A DNA stretch of 64,000 bases. Source: Microbotryum violaceum (Eukaryota). Position numbers and translations under genes: made by a program. Location of the stretch: positions 2,666,001 through 2,730,000 of the forward strand of contig CDLV01000006.1 of assembly GCA_001244265.2 (NCBI GenBank), given 5' to 3'. The notes under the pieces were generated by a model. The model did not search any database and had not been told where the DNA came from. It saw nothing but the letters and a program-made list of their open reading frames with translations. Numbering within the stretch: the stretch's first letter is position 1; each line of letters starts with the position of its first letter. This document shows, piece by piece, positions 1 through 11,700 of the stretch.

Positions 1-486
1 CGCACTGATCCTTGTAGGAGACGGAAAGGATACGTACAGGGCGAAGTATCAATTCCGGAAATACCATAACGGAAAGCGAGGCGGAGCGTATCCTCTGGAA
101 TTGAAGATTCGAGAGTAGAGGACGTGTTGTAGTCGTAGCTAGGTGGAAGGAGCAATCGGGGTTCAGTGAGCACGAGCGCTCGAGATTTCCCGTTTGCGAA
201 GAGGTGACTTGGCTTGCATGGCTGACTGGGGGCATGCGAAACATAGACAAGAAAAGCTAGTGATATTGGCTCACCCGAATACGCCACCACCGACGAGGAC
301 ATCGGTCAGCTCCAGCAATCCATCGCCAATCGACTTCTACGTGGGCGCCCTCGCCGGCGGAATAAGAAATCAGCACTCTGCGATCCCCGGAGCTTGAGAC
401 TGGTCTAGGGAGCTTACAGAGGTATCGATGGGGGCAAAGACTCGGCCACCAACGGGTTGAAGCTTATCTGCGCTAGTGGAAGACAT
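1..486 (-). CDS. Aldo-keto reductase (D-arabinose dehydrogenase Ara2-like), 5' exons only; gene continues off the left edge
   Basis: Hand-spliced from ATG 486: MSSTSADKLQPVGGRVFAPIDTS / KSIGDGLLELTDVLVGGGVFG / YDYNTSSTLESSIPEDTLRLAFRYGISGIDTSP. The G-G-x-x-F-G and G-I-x-x-I-D-T-S-P motifs are typical of the AKR N-terminus. Introns are GT-AG. Confidence 0.75.
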
Positions 487-923
487 TTTAGAGGGGTGGG
501 AAGGCTTCGAAGATGAAGGGGAGAAAGCGAAGCAGCGGGGTACCATGGCTTCACGCTCACGGCGGAACCACGCGCATCGGTTATAGCCGCCGATCGCCCA
601 TCATGTATTTCCGTCCGCCGGAAAAAACATGCTCTCATTCGCCAACGATTTAAAGCCTACTAGTCTTCAACAGATTTACTAAGGCTGTCCTCATGTAATA
701 TAATTCTGAGATCATAAGACGCCGCGGGCCATGTAGCCCTCTAGGACGACAGCAGGGGCCCAGGGGTCATTTTCGTGTTCTGCCGCAGCCGGAGAGCATG
801 CCGGTGCGCGCCTCACGATGTCACTCGCGAGTCTCAAAGCGCGCACACCTCATCTCTGAAAGCAACTCATCATCTTGCAAGCATGAAGAAATACCTCAAA
901 AATAATCTTTGCAACCAACCCCA

Positions 924-3900
924 TTAAGCAGTCCTCTGCCTTTTCCTCTCCTGCGCCTGCTTCTTGTTCTCCTGCATCTTGAAATGCTCCTGCTTTTTCT
1001 CCTTCTCCTTCTCCGCTCTCCCCGCATCGATCTTGGCCAACTTCTTCTGCCGCTTTTCTTTCGTTTCGGCTTTCTTCTCCTTGCGTTTGGCGAGCTTGTC
1101 TCGGGAAATGGCTTGAATTTGTTGCAGTAGGGAGAGGGCTTGTTTCTCGTCCGGTTCCATGACGACCGCACGTTTTTGCATGTCTATGTGATAACGAGAG
1201 TTTTACATCAGCTATGCATAGCGGAAGGGGTAAAGACTGGTTCAGAATGAGACTCACAGGTCTTGTTCTTTTGCGGCGTTTGTAATTTGGGTTTGCTCGC
1301 GTAGGGAAGGGCCGCTTGAAGCTTGCGAGGTACTTTGAGCGTGTTGAATCGACGAGTTTCGCGAACGATCGGCTGGAGCAATACAAGATGAGAAACTTTC
1401 AGCACGCTTACTGCACGCTCGGATCCTGAAGGACCACGAAGACTGACCTTGTACAACGAGTTGATATCCGACGGCGTTTTGACCCCTTGATCCCTCCTCA
1501 CTTCACCCGTCAACCTCATCCCTTGCCAACTCGCCTTATCCCTCAACCACAACGACGCAACAGGGTTATAAAACTGCCTCGGTTTGATCTGATACCAAGC
1601 CCTCAAGAACACGATATCACTCATCAAAACCTTATCCTCGAAAGCTGCGCGATAACATCCTTCCGGTTTGGAAAGGGCTTTCTTGACTTGACCTCGGATC
1701 CCGGAAACGGTACGAATGTGGGCGCCTTCGAATTTAGCGACTTCGAGAGAGGAGGTGAACATATCTTTGACGAAGGCGGTGTTTTTGAAAACCTTGTACG
1801 GCGTTCCGGTCAGTTTGAGCTTTTTGACGATCGAAGTTGCTCCGTTGATATCGAGGACGACACCGTTCGCTGAAACGCGGAAAGAAGGGGTGTCGTTACC
1901 TAGGCGATTGAAGGCGCAGAAGCCCGTGTTGGGAGCCGAGATGGGTCCGTAGAACGTCGCGAGACAATGCATGTGCTCCGGCGTGTACTTGAGCATACGG
2001 TTCCTTGTCCCGTCGTCGAGCGAGTAGATGGGCACGGTTTGGAAACGACGCCAACCGAGGGAGAAGATGAGCGGGTCGTTCGTTTTGAGGATCTTGGGGA
2101 ACCAGCGATGCTTCTTGATCCTGACTTGAACGTAGCCGAAACTCTCTTCGTGTGCGAGCAGACAACCAACGATGATGGGGATACGAGGGTTGAAGTTCTC
2201 GACCATTTGATAAGGTACACCGGTGATTTCGAGACGAACGTACGTCCCCGGACGATGACCTTCGACCAATGCTCGCGTCTCGGCATCATCCTCTGCGAAT
2301 TCGGCCCGCGTCGCGCGCAACTTGCGTTCCATCTCGTCCTTTTGTTCGGTGTAAAAATCCATCTTGTCCTCGTCGTCGGAATCATGATCGTACTCAGCAT
2401 CAAACTTGCGTTTCAGATCCGCCTTCTTTGCCGCCAATCGATCAGCCTTGGTCTTGCTATCCTCCTGAACCGAATCCGCGGCAGGCTTGCTCGACCCCTC
2501 CTCATTCTCCAAATCCTCGAAGTCTCCCCCTTCTTCCTCATACGCATTCGCCCCCGTAGCAACTGACGAATCCGCCGCTCCACCCGTGATGAAGAGATGT
2601 CTGATCGAATCGAGAAAGTCTTCATCTTGCCACACTTCCAACTCGGCATTCGAAACGGGGCGACGGAATCGATCTTCAGGAGCGCTTTCGTCCTCTTCTT
2701 CACCATTCTCGGCAAGATGAGCTTTGCGAGAAATTTTGAACAGATCGTCATCATCGTCTTGAATGTTCTCTTCTTCTTCTTCGTCGTCGTTGTTCGGTTT
2801 GTCCGTTCGGCCCGAAGCGATTTCCTCGGCGGAAAAAGTCGAGTTGTAAATCAACTTCATCAAATTCGGTTTCCTCCTTTGACCCAAATTCGCCGCCGCC
2901 AACGAAGCGAGGTTCTTCTTCCATTCCGGTCCCTCCTCCTCCTCCTCGTCGGAATCTTCATCCTCCTCCAAATTCAATTGACGCTCTTCCTCCTCCCCGA
3001 AGCCAAGATCCGAATCCGAATCTGCATAAGCGATCTTCTCACCTCGTTCACCAACGCTAGTCGGTCCACCCGCAACTCGTCGTCCTGTACGAACCTCGGA
3101 AGAACCGACTTTCTCGAACTTCATCCCTTCATCCTCCTCCTCCTCCTCTTCCTCTTCCTCTTCGGAATCGGTATCGAAATCATCTTCATCAACTTCAACT
3201 TCCTCTTCTTCATCATCCTCATAATCCGCACCATCATGTTCACCCACCGCATCATCGAACGCTGCTCTTCGAGTACGTTTCAACGAAGAAGAAGAAGAAG
3301 AAGAAGAAGGGTCATGAGGATTGATTCGAGGAGGAGGTACTTGGAGGGGTTGTTTCGATGAACCAAATAGACGAATTTGTGAAGCGGCAACTCCGTCCCC
3401 CAAAGTTTCAGGAACGTCTTGAAGTTCCATCATCATCTTGATTCCATCTCCACCAACTTGATCTGCCCCCCCCCCCGCCCCGAACGTCGAATAACGTAAC
3501 GAGTTAGTTCCAAAAACAAAACAAAACAAATCTTCGCATCCCCCCCAAAAAATTGGACTAACCTGTATCATCCTCCGGATCATATTCCTCATCCCCTTCC
3601 CTCCTCTTTGAAAACGTACCACTCGTATTAATCCAAACCTTATCACCATCCCACATCACTCCCGTCGCACTACCCCCCGACATGGGAGCATAAGCAACTT
3701 TATTCTTATCCCCCATCTTTCTTCGTTTCTCACTATCCTTAGTAGGTAAAGGACAAGGATCGACTAGTTCCAATAAACGAGAAACTTGGAAAGCGTCAAC
3801 TCCCGCACCGGGAATATGAACGCGTAGGGAATGGGTAGGACCGGGAGGTCGAAGTGGTACACCACGAAGATAACCGAAGAGGGCTAGCGTACGATCGGTT

Positions 3901-5184
3901 TTAGGGTTTTGACGAATCGTTTCGCGAGAGGTTAGATCGTCGAAACGGTCGGCGAGGAAGTAGGAATGTTGATTACGGAAAACGAGTGGTCGGAATTTGG
4001 CGACCGAGATGAAACTGGTTAAAAAAGTGGGGGAGGTGAGAAAAAGGTGTTGGGAATTCGACTCCGACGCCTCGAGGTCCGAGAGGAAGAAGGAACTTAC
4101 CGACTGAGGTTCAGAATCTCTCGATCGGGATATCGACCATTCATGACCCCACTGAGGTAGAACATTTTGGCACCATCGTAAACCTCTGTCCAGAAACGGT
4201 TCTTGAGGCGCTTCTTCTGCGCCTTGAGAGCGGCGGGTGTCTTGACGAGATCGAGATGGGTGAGCACGGCGATGATTTTTGGCATTCCGTGAGATGAGAG
4301 CGCTGAGAGCGCCTCGAAGGTTTCCTGAGGAGCGAGGGGGGAAAGGCGTGATGCAGCGTTAAAAGTTGAGCAGTACAAGGTAAGGCATGTTCTGCAACTG
4401 ACCATCTCGAACCCAAAAGACCCATCAATCATGAGCAAAACCAAGTCGGCCACCTTGGCGACGTCGATCATGGATCCGAGGTCGTTGGGACATTCGATGA
4501 TGGTCAACCGACGATTCTTGCCTGCAGGATGACGAAAATGTGGGTCAGTGGGTTCAAAAGACAACTTTGAGCGACTGTAGGGTTGTAGCGCACCTGTGAC
4601 GACAGTGACGGGTCCCTTGATGTCGGCCAAGGTATTCTTGGTGTAGCGTCGGACCATACTCCTAACCAATGTCGACTTGCCGACCTGCTCGCCACATCGA
4701 AACGCGGGTCCTGAATCAGCTCAGCGACCCAACATCCCCACCAGCGTACAATCGCCACTCACGCCCTGAGGTCCAATGACCGCCACAATCACAGGAGGGA
4801 CTTCCCCCTCGACATCCTTTCCACCTTGGCCGGAAGTTCCACCGAATGTTCGATCGACGGCGGGCACGTGTAGTCGGGTTTGATCCTTTTCGACATTGCG
4901 GCGACCTTGTTTCTCGGCGCGACGGAAGGAAGAGGGAACAAAAGCCTGGTGTAGAAGCACATCAGAGATTGGTTACTCAAGCTAGGGAGTGAGCAGTGGA
5001 CGCTGTGGATCGAGTGAGCGAATTGCTCCGCTGCCCGAGGCTCAAGCTGCGAAGCGACGACGATCGACGACTCTGTGCAGCGCCCAAGTTGCTAGCTCAC
5101 TTTGGGGTTCTGGCCTTTCGCCGGTCCCGCCTTGGGAGCCTTGGATGGCCTATGCGCACGATTGGTTTGTTTGGATCCGTCCAT
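924..5184 (-). CDS. BMS1: Ribosome biogenesis GTPase Bms1 (multi-exon)
   Basis: ATG 5184 ([15 protein letters not shown]). P-loop GPQGVGKST is split by an intron. Also [53 protein letters not shown] and [15 protein letters not shown]. Last exon ends at stop 924. Confidence 0.97.
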
Positions 5185-5697
5185 CGTGGGTGTTCGTGGG
5201 TGTTTTGGACGAGACCCTTTTTGAGGCTACGTCCGGGAACGAGCGTGGGGGGAAAGCAGCGACGAGTGGAAGTGAGTTGAATTTCGGCGATACACGCGCG
5301 TGGAGAGAGAAGCTGCGAAGTGGGACCGAGTCACTACTGATTACGCCGGGCAGCTGAGCTGAACACAGCCGAGCGCAGATCATGATCTCATGGTTTTCAG
5401 TTACTTTGAATGACTACTCTAGTCTTTCAAGATGGTAAGATAACTGGTCACTCTCCCAAGATCTGTCAGGGGGCTGTTCCTGCTCTCTCTCTAGAGTGGG
5501 GCACGATTGATGGTATTGGCACAATAGAAAAACAAAGTGAAACTACTTGGGATCCGGTACGACGTTCTCACACGGTCCAAAGCCAACATGAGGGAGAGGA
5601 TCATAAAAGAGTCAGTTCACACTGAATCAATGAAACGTGCACGGGTGAGGACCAATCGGGATGTAAGAAGGAAGAGAAAAAAAAAAAAAAAAAAAAA

Positions 5698-5815
5698 AGC
5701 GTCGGCCTCGAAAGATGGTTAATGTGTTTTACAGACATTTACGGTCGGCGCCGACTAAAGCACCATTAGTGACCGCTGATCTCAATTTGGGTATATTTGT
5801 TCATCATCATTCGCG
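5698..5815 (-). ncRNA. Box C/D snoRNA with two 25S rRNA antisense elements
   Basis: Box C ATGATGA at 5810-5804. Guide TATACCCAAATT (5795-5784) is complementary to LSU AAUUUGGGUAUA. Guide ACCATCTTTCG (5719-5709) is complementary to LSU CGAAAGAUGGU. Variant box D CCGA at 5705-5702, with terminal GCG/CGC stem. Lies in a GTGAGC(5896)...TTCAG(~5622) intron. Confidence 0.75.
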
Positions 5816-6336
5816 TTTTTTTTTTTTTTTTTTTTCCTCTTTGGGGAGGTCGTTGGGTCTGGTCTGGTGGAGGGGGAGGGGAAAGGAGGTGCTCACCTTG
5901 CGAGGGCGGGCTCGAGTCCCCGTTAGCAGGCATAGTCAGAACAGTCGGGGGAAAACGAATTGGAAGGTGAAACAAGTCGAGTCAGAGCGGGAAGGGGTAA
6001 GTGATGCTGGTCGATGCCGAATGGAACTCCAGCGAGGCGATGTGGGTCAACGGAGGAAAAGAGGCGAAAGGGCGCCCGCCACCCAGCCTCTCGCCTTGCA
6101 GTTCACCCCCGCCTGGTCAAAATCGTCATTAGCGGGCCAAAATGGCGACTGACTCGATTTTGTCCGAGGCGCGTGGTCGATCGCACGCCAGTCGTTCGCG
6201 CGGAGTTCCGTCCTTTCCTCTTCGTCAAGCCAACCACCACTAACCCACCACCCTCTCTCATCAGTCAGTGGGTCGTGTTCGTGGTGTTTAGCCTCGTTGT
6301 GTTCTACTACTGACCTCTGCACTATCCGTTGCAGAC

Positions 6337-8320
6337 ATGGTATGTCTCCGCCGCCTGCATTCCACCTCGACCTGCGACTTTTCTCTTCCACTACGCTCTT
6401 CCCTCGAGGATGCCTAGACACCTCGACCTCCTCTCGACTCGATCACTCCATCTGAGGGTGTCCAGCTCGATGTTTAGGATGGTCTGCGTGTGCTGGACAG
6501 TGATGTATGGGTGTGGACGTGGGTGATCGCGTACGGGCGAGCTGGCGGGCTGGCGGGCTGGCGGGCTGGCGGGCTGGCGGGCTGGCGGTAGGCGTGGCTG
6601 TGGTCTCGCAAGCGCAGGGCTTTTTTCGCCTTGCGCACGAATCCGACCCCAGCCCGACTCACCCACTCCCGTACGCCCTGACTCGCACATCACGCCTACT
6701 CGCTCGCCTCCTCACCCCGCGCGACTCTAGTGTCTTTCAACCCCTCTATCCCACACATCAAAACCCCTTCAAGAGTCATCGCCTTCGTTCGACCCAGATG
6801 GAACCACCAGAAATGTCCGTCAGACCCCTCGGCGAGACAAGGTCCTCTCCCTTCGCATCGCGCAGCGTCTCTGGGCGGTCTGAACTACTCGCTTCTCCAC
6901 GGTTCAGGCCCTAGAGACCTCGCCGCTTCTTTGCAAGGCGGCCTAGTCGTGCGTGTGTGGCGGACATGGTTCTGTCGACAGTGTCGTTCGTTCATCGGCA
7001 GATTCCAAATAGGCAACTATCGAAGCGATATCGCTCCCTTCCTCCTCGAGGTTGGCGCTTTTCCTTCACTTTTTTTTTTTAGGATTTCCGAAGGCGATCG
7101 ATTTCTTTCAACCTTTTGATTTGGGACCGGCGTTCGGAGCGGGGCATGGCGGTGGGGAGCTGAGGGAACGGTGGCCGGGCAAAGGAAACGCGAAGCGATC
7201 ATCACATCGTCGTCGTTCCCCCCCCTCCCCCGTTCCTTCTCCTTCTCTCGGTCGTTGCTCCGTTCCTTATTCCTCTCTTGTCCAATCATCTTGTTTGCTT
7301 GACTTCATCCCGGATCCGATGACCAATGCCTCTCTCCTCTCCCCTTTCTCTCTGCTGTGTATTCTTCGCTCGATCAGCCCAAGGCCACCAAGTCCGGAAA
7401 GAAGCCCGCCCCCGCTCCCTACCCCGGAGCCAAGGCCGCCGTTTCCAAGAAGAACCCCCTCTTTGAGCGCAAGCCCAAGAACTTTGGTATCGGTTCGTCG
7501 CTCCTGGTCCTTTTTTCTCTTGTTCTTTTGGCTGGGCCTCACCCTCCACTTCCCCCTTCTCAGGCCAATCCGTCAAGCACACCACCGACTTGACCCGCTT
7601 CGTCAAGTGGCCCGAGTACGTTCGCCTGCAACGCCAAAAGGTCATCCTCAACCAGCGCCTCAAGTGCCCCCCCGCCATTGCCCAGTTCCAAAACGTCCTC
7701 GACAAGAACACGGCCACCCAGCTCTTCCGCCTCTTGAACAAGTACAAGGGCGAGACCAAGCAGGAGAAGAAGGTCCGTCTGGAGCAAAAGGCCGCCGACC
7801 TTGCCGATGGCAAAAAGTCGGACGAGTCCAAGAAGCCCTTCTTTGTCAAGTCGGGATTGAACGTGAGTGGTATTGTGCAGTCGTCTTGGTCGGATCGGAC
7901 CGCGTAACTCATCTCTGCGTCTATGGGGTTCCTCAGCACGTTGTCGGTCTCGTCGAGGCCAAGAAGGCGTCGCTCGTCATCATCGCCGACGACGTCGACC
8001 CGATCGAGCTCGTCGTCTTCCTCCCCGCTCTGTGCCGCAAGATGGGCATCCCCTACGTCATCGTCAAGGGCAAGGCTCGCTTGGGTGCGGTCGTCGGTCG
8101 CAAGACCTCGGCCGTGCTCGCGTTCGGCGAGGTCAAGTCCGAGGACAAGGCCGAGCTCGCCAAGCTCGTGTCGGCGATCAAGGCCAACTACACGGACAAG
8201 CACGAGAAGACCAAGCACCAATGGGGCGGCGGAATCCGAGGGACCAAGTCGTACGCCAAGTTGCAAGGTCGGGCCAAGGCTTTGGGCCAGGACCCCAGCA
8301 AGGTTTCCAAGACCGTCTAA
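6337..8320 (+). CDS. RPL8: 60S ribosomal protein eL8 (L7a/L8)
   Basis: ATG 6337-6339 is followed by a GTATGT donor. Further exons 7378-7492 ([15 protein letters not shown]...[13 protein letters not shown]), 7564-7862 ([16 protein letters not shown]) and 7938-8320 ([33 protein letters not shown]7Ae domain). Confidence 0.96.
6540..6588 (+). repeat. (GCTGGCGG)n octamer tandem repeat, about 6 copies, in RPL8 intron
   Basis: Directly visible tandem repeat. Confidence 0.9.
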
Positions 8321-8736
8321 GTCTTTACTTTACGGTTTGCGTAGATCTGAAAAAAAGGCTTGTCGATCTTTTGTACTCTCCCTTTCGACGGTCCTCACCA
8401 GGGCGGTCATGGCCTCACCCCTTATTTTTTCGTTTGCTTGCAACGCTGTCCTGAGCCCTCGCACTCTATATTTGTATGACGACCTATCCTCAGTGCTCTT
8501 GTTGCAGTCCGAGAACGTCCTCTGAGAGATCTAGATCGAGAGAGGTCAGAATTTTGTACATGCCTAAAGCTGGGAGTCATTGCGCTGGCTCTGCCACTCG
8601 CGCGCCCGGTTGCGCTCACTCCCCCCCCACCACCCACCACCTGACCCACTAGTGCGTCACGCGTCATCACAGATCGAGCTCGACCACCTCGCGCACCCGT
8701 GCGACCGACCAGGGTCCCAACACCCCAGAGCCCAGG

Positions 8737-11700
8737 ATGATTCCCCCTCTTCTACCCCTCCAGGCACTCACTTTCCTCTCGCTCCTCGTACCCACAACCT
8801 ACGCCTTCGAACAACATGACCCAGCTAATCCCCAGCGGTCGTCAAGATCGTCGATGACGGTCATCTCGACCCTGGTGAAGAGGGAACCCGGACGATGTGC
8901 GATGAGATCCTCGTGTGGGAAGAAGGGCGTTTTCGGAGGTGGTTTACCTTGTCCTTTTGATGGGGAAGCGCAAGAGGTGTGTTCTAATCGTAACGCATAC
9001 GTGTTCCCCTTTCAAGAGGAGGGAAGACCATCATTGCTCATTTTTGGGGGATCTTCTTTCATAGGATTCGGACCCGACTTACCTCGCTGTTTTGGCCCAA
9101 GTGTGTGGTGAAGCGTTTCCGAAAAAGACTTGTTGCGATTTAGAGCAGTTGCAGACGTTGCAGAGTAGTTTGGCACAGGCTGAACCGTTGTTGGCGACTT
9201 GTGAGTTTTTTGCGCTTTGGAGTTCGATCGATCCTGGTTGGCGATGTATGAGGGGGGGGGGGGGGGTTGAGAAAGAGGATAGAAGCTGATGGGTTGTGGG
9301 TGGATGTTTATGTTTTGGCAGGTCCGGCATGTAGAAACAATTTTCGGCATTTTTATTGCAGCTTCACCTGCTCGGTTAGTTCGGTTCCCTTTCGACCCCT
9401 CCCCAAAGAATGACGTTAACCCTTCCACTCACTCCTTCATCGCACCCCTCTCCTCGGTAATAGCCGGACCAATCTGTCTTCGTCAAAGTGACCGAAACGC
9501 AAAAACTCAAGTCTCCCGATGGGGAAGAAAAGGACGCGGTCAAGAGTGTCGATTTTGATGTTGCGGAACGATTTGGCAAAGGGTTTTACGATAGTTGCAA
9601 GGACGTCAAATTTGGCGCGACGAATGGGTATGCCATGCAGTTCTTGGGAGGTCAGTAAGAGTGTTTGATTTGGTGATTGGTTTTGGAAAGGGACGCTGAA
9701 CGAGTTCGGGTGCATCGTTACAGGTGGGGCGAAGGATTATCTAGCTTTCTTGAGATACATGGGCCAGGAACGAGCACTCGGTTCGCCCTTTCAAATCAAC
9801 TTTCCCAATCATTCCTCGAGCCCTTCGCTTCTCCTTGACAATTCGCCCATTCAATCGCTCGATAACTCGACTGCTGTCCCATTCGATGATTCACCCTTGT
9901 CGTGCTCGTCATCGGACATCAACGCTCGATGCGCATGCCCTGACTGCCCTTCGACATGCGCCATTCTTCCACCCCTCCAATCGCCCGCCGAACGATACGC
10001 TCACCGGTGTCGCGTAGGCAAAATGTCATGCTTCGCCTTCTCTCTGACCATCCTCTACGCCGTTGGACTGGTCTCCTTCTTCGTTCTTGTCGCATTGAAG
10101 GATGTCCTTTGGTCGAGGCAGTCTTACCTCAAATCCATCACCACGAACGACGACGACGGACTTAACCAAGGCGCTTGGACGAGATTGAGGAATAGGTTTT
10201 CTTTCACCGAATGGACTTCAAGACCAGATACGAACGACTATGATCGAGTTCCGATGGAGGATCCTTTGACGGGCGATTATGAAGAGTCCCCTCGAGTACT
10301 TGGTGGGGTTAGTCCCTTGCCCGGTTCAACTTCTTCGACCGGTCAATCGTCGTCGGGCAATAACTCGCTTGTGGGGGCAACGTCGACACAAAATGCTGCG
10401 GAGAGGGAGACGGGAAGGGGTCGACCCCCTTCAGGTGGAACGATATCTTCAAACCTTTCTACCTCGTCATCCTACCCTCGGAATCGATCAAGTGTCGGAG
10501 CGTCACTCCTCGATCCCAATTCGGATTCGACGAACCCATTCCTCCAACCACGAACGTACAAACTCAACACCATCCTCTCACAGCGCTTTTATCGACTCGG
10601 CCTCTTTTGCGCTAAATCACCTTACCTCACTTTATCGATCGGTTTGATCTTGTGTGGTTTGATCAATATAGGTTGGGACAAGTTCGAAGTCGAGAAGGAT
10701 CCGGTGAGGTTATGGGTCCCTCATGGGAGTACGACCGAACGACAGAAGGAGTTGTTTGAATACGACTTTGGACCTTTCTATAGGACCGAACAGATCTTCA
10801 TTTCTAGGGCACCGACGAACCTTGCGGTGGAAGAGGTGCAGCTGATGAAGTGGAGGGCGGTTGATGAACCGGTGTTGAATTGGGAAGTGTTGCAATGGTG
10901 GGCTGGGGTGGAGAAGGAGATTCGAGGCTTGCAGAGTGAGAGGGATAATGCGACCTTGGCGGACGTGTGTTTCTCACCCGCGACCGAACCGGAACGACCC
11001 GTCGACGCTTCACTTTGCGTCACCCAGAGCTTCATGGGTTATCTTGCTGATTCACTGCAGGGGGTGAGCGAGGAAACTTGGGCGAATACGCTCAATCAAT
11101 GCGCGACCACTCCCGCGGCGTGTTTGCCGGCAAGTGGACAACCGATCAACCCCAAACTTGTGTATGGCAAAATTCCCGATGGCGAGGCAGGTGCAATCGT
11201 TCGTGCGGATCAAGCGAGGGCCTTGGTCGTCACCTATGTCGTTCGCAATTCGCTCGATAAGGAAATCATCGCCAAAGCTCAATCTTGGGAGGCCAAACTT
11301 TTGACTTACCTTCATGATTTGGCGCGACATGATGGCGAAGCGGCGAGATTGGGCCTCGAATTGGCTTTTTCGACGGAGAGCAGTCTGGAGGAGGAACTGA
11401 ACGCTTCGACCAATACGGACGTGCCTATCGTCGTACTATCTTATGTGTTCATGTTCCTCTACGTTGCGATTAACCTTGGTTCGTCGGGAGCGGGCATCCT
11501 CAAGGTCGTGGGGAGGACTTTACTCTTCCTCGTCGCTTCGTTCGTACAAGTCTTTCGTCGGGCCGTGTCGAGTGACAGGAGGAGGACCGAGGCGCTCGAA
11601 CTGTCCGTTTCTGGATCGACATTGGGCTTGGGCGACTATATCCGTCGGCAGGTGCTCGTCGATAGCAAGTTCTTGCTCGGTCTGTGGGGCATCATCATCG

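Noticed and set aside
7286-8525. Long overlapping and antisense ORFs over RPL8 (also over RPL11, STE24 and BMS1)
   Set aside because: Shadow ORFs caused by GC-rich codon bias; no recognisable domains.
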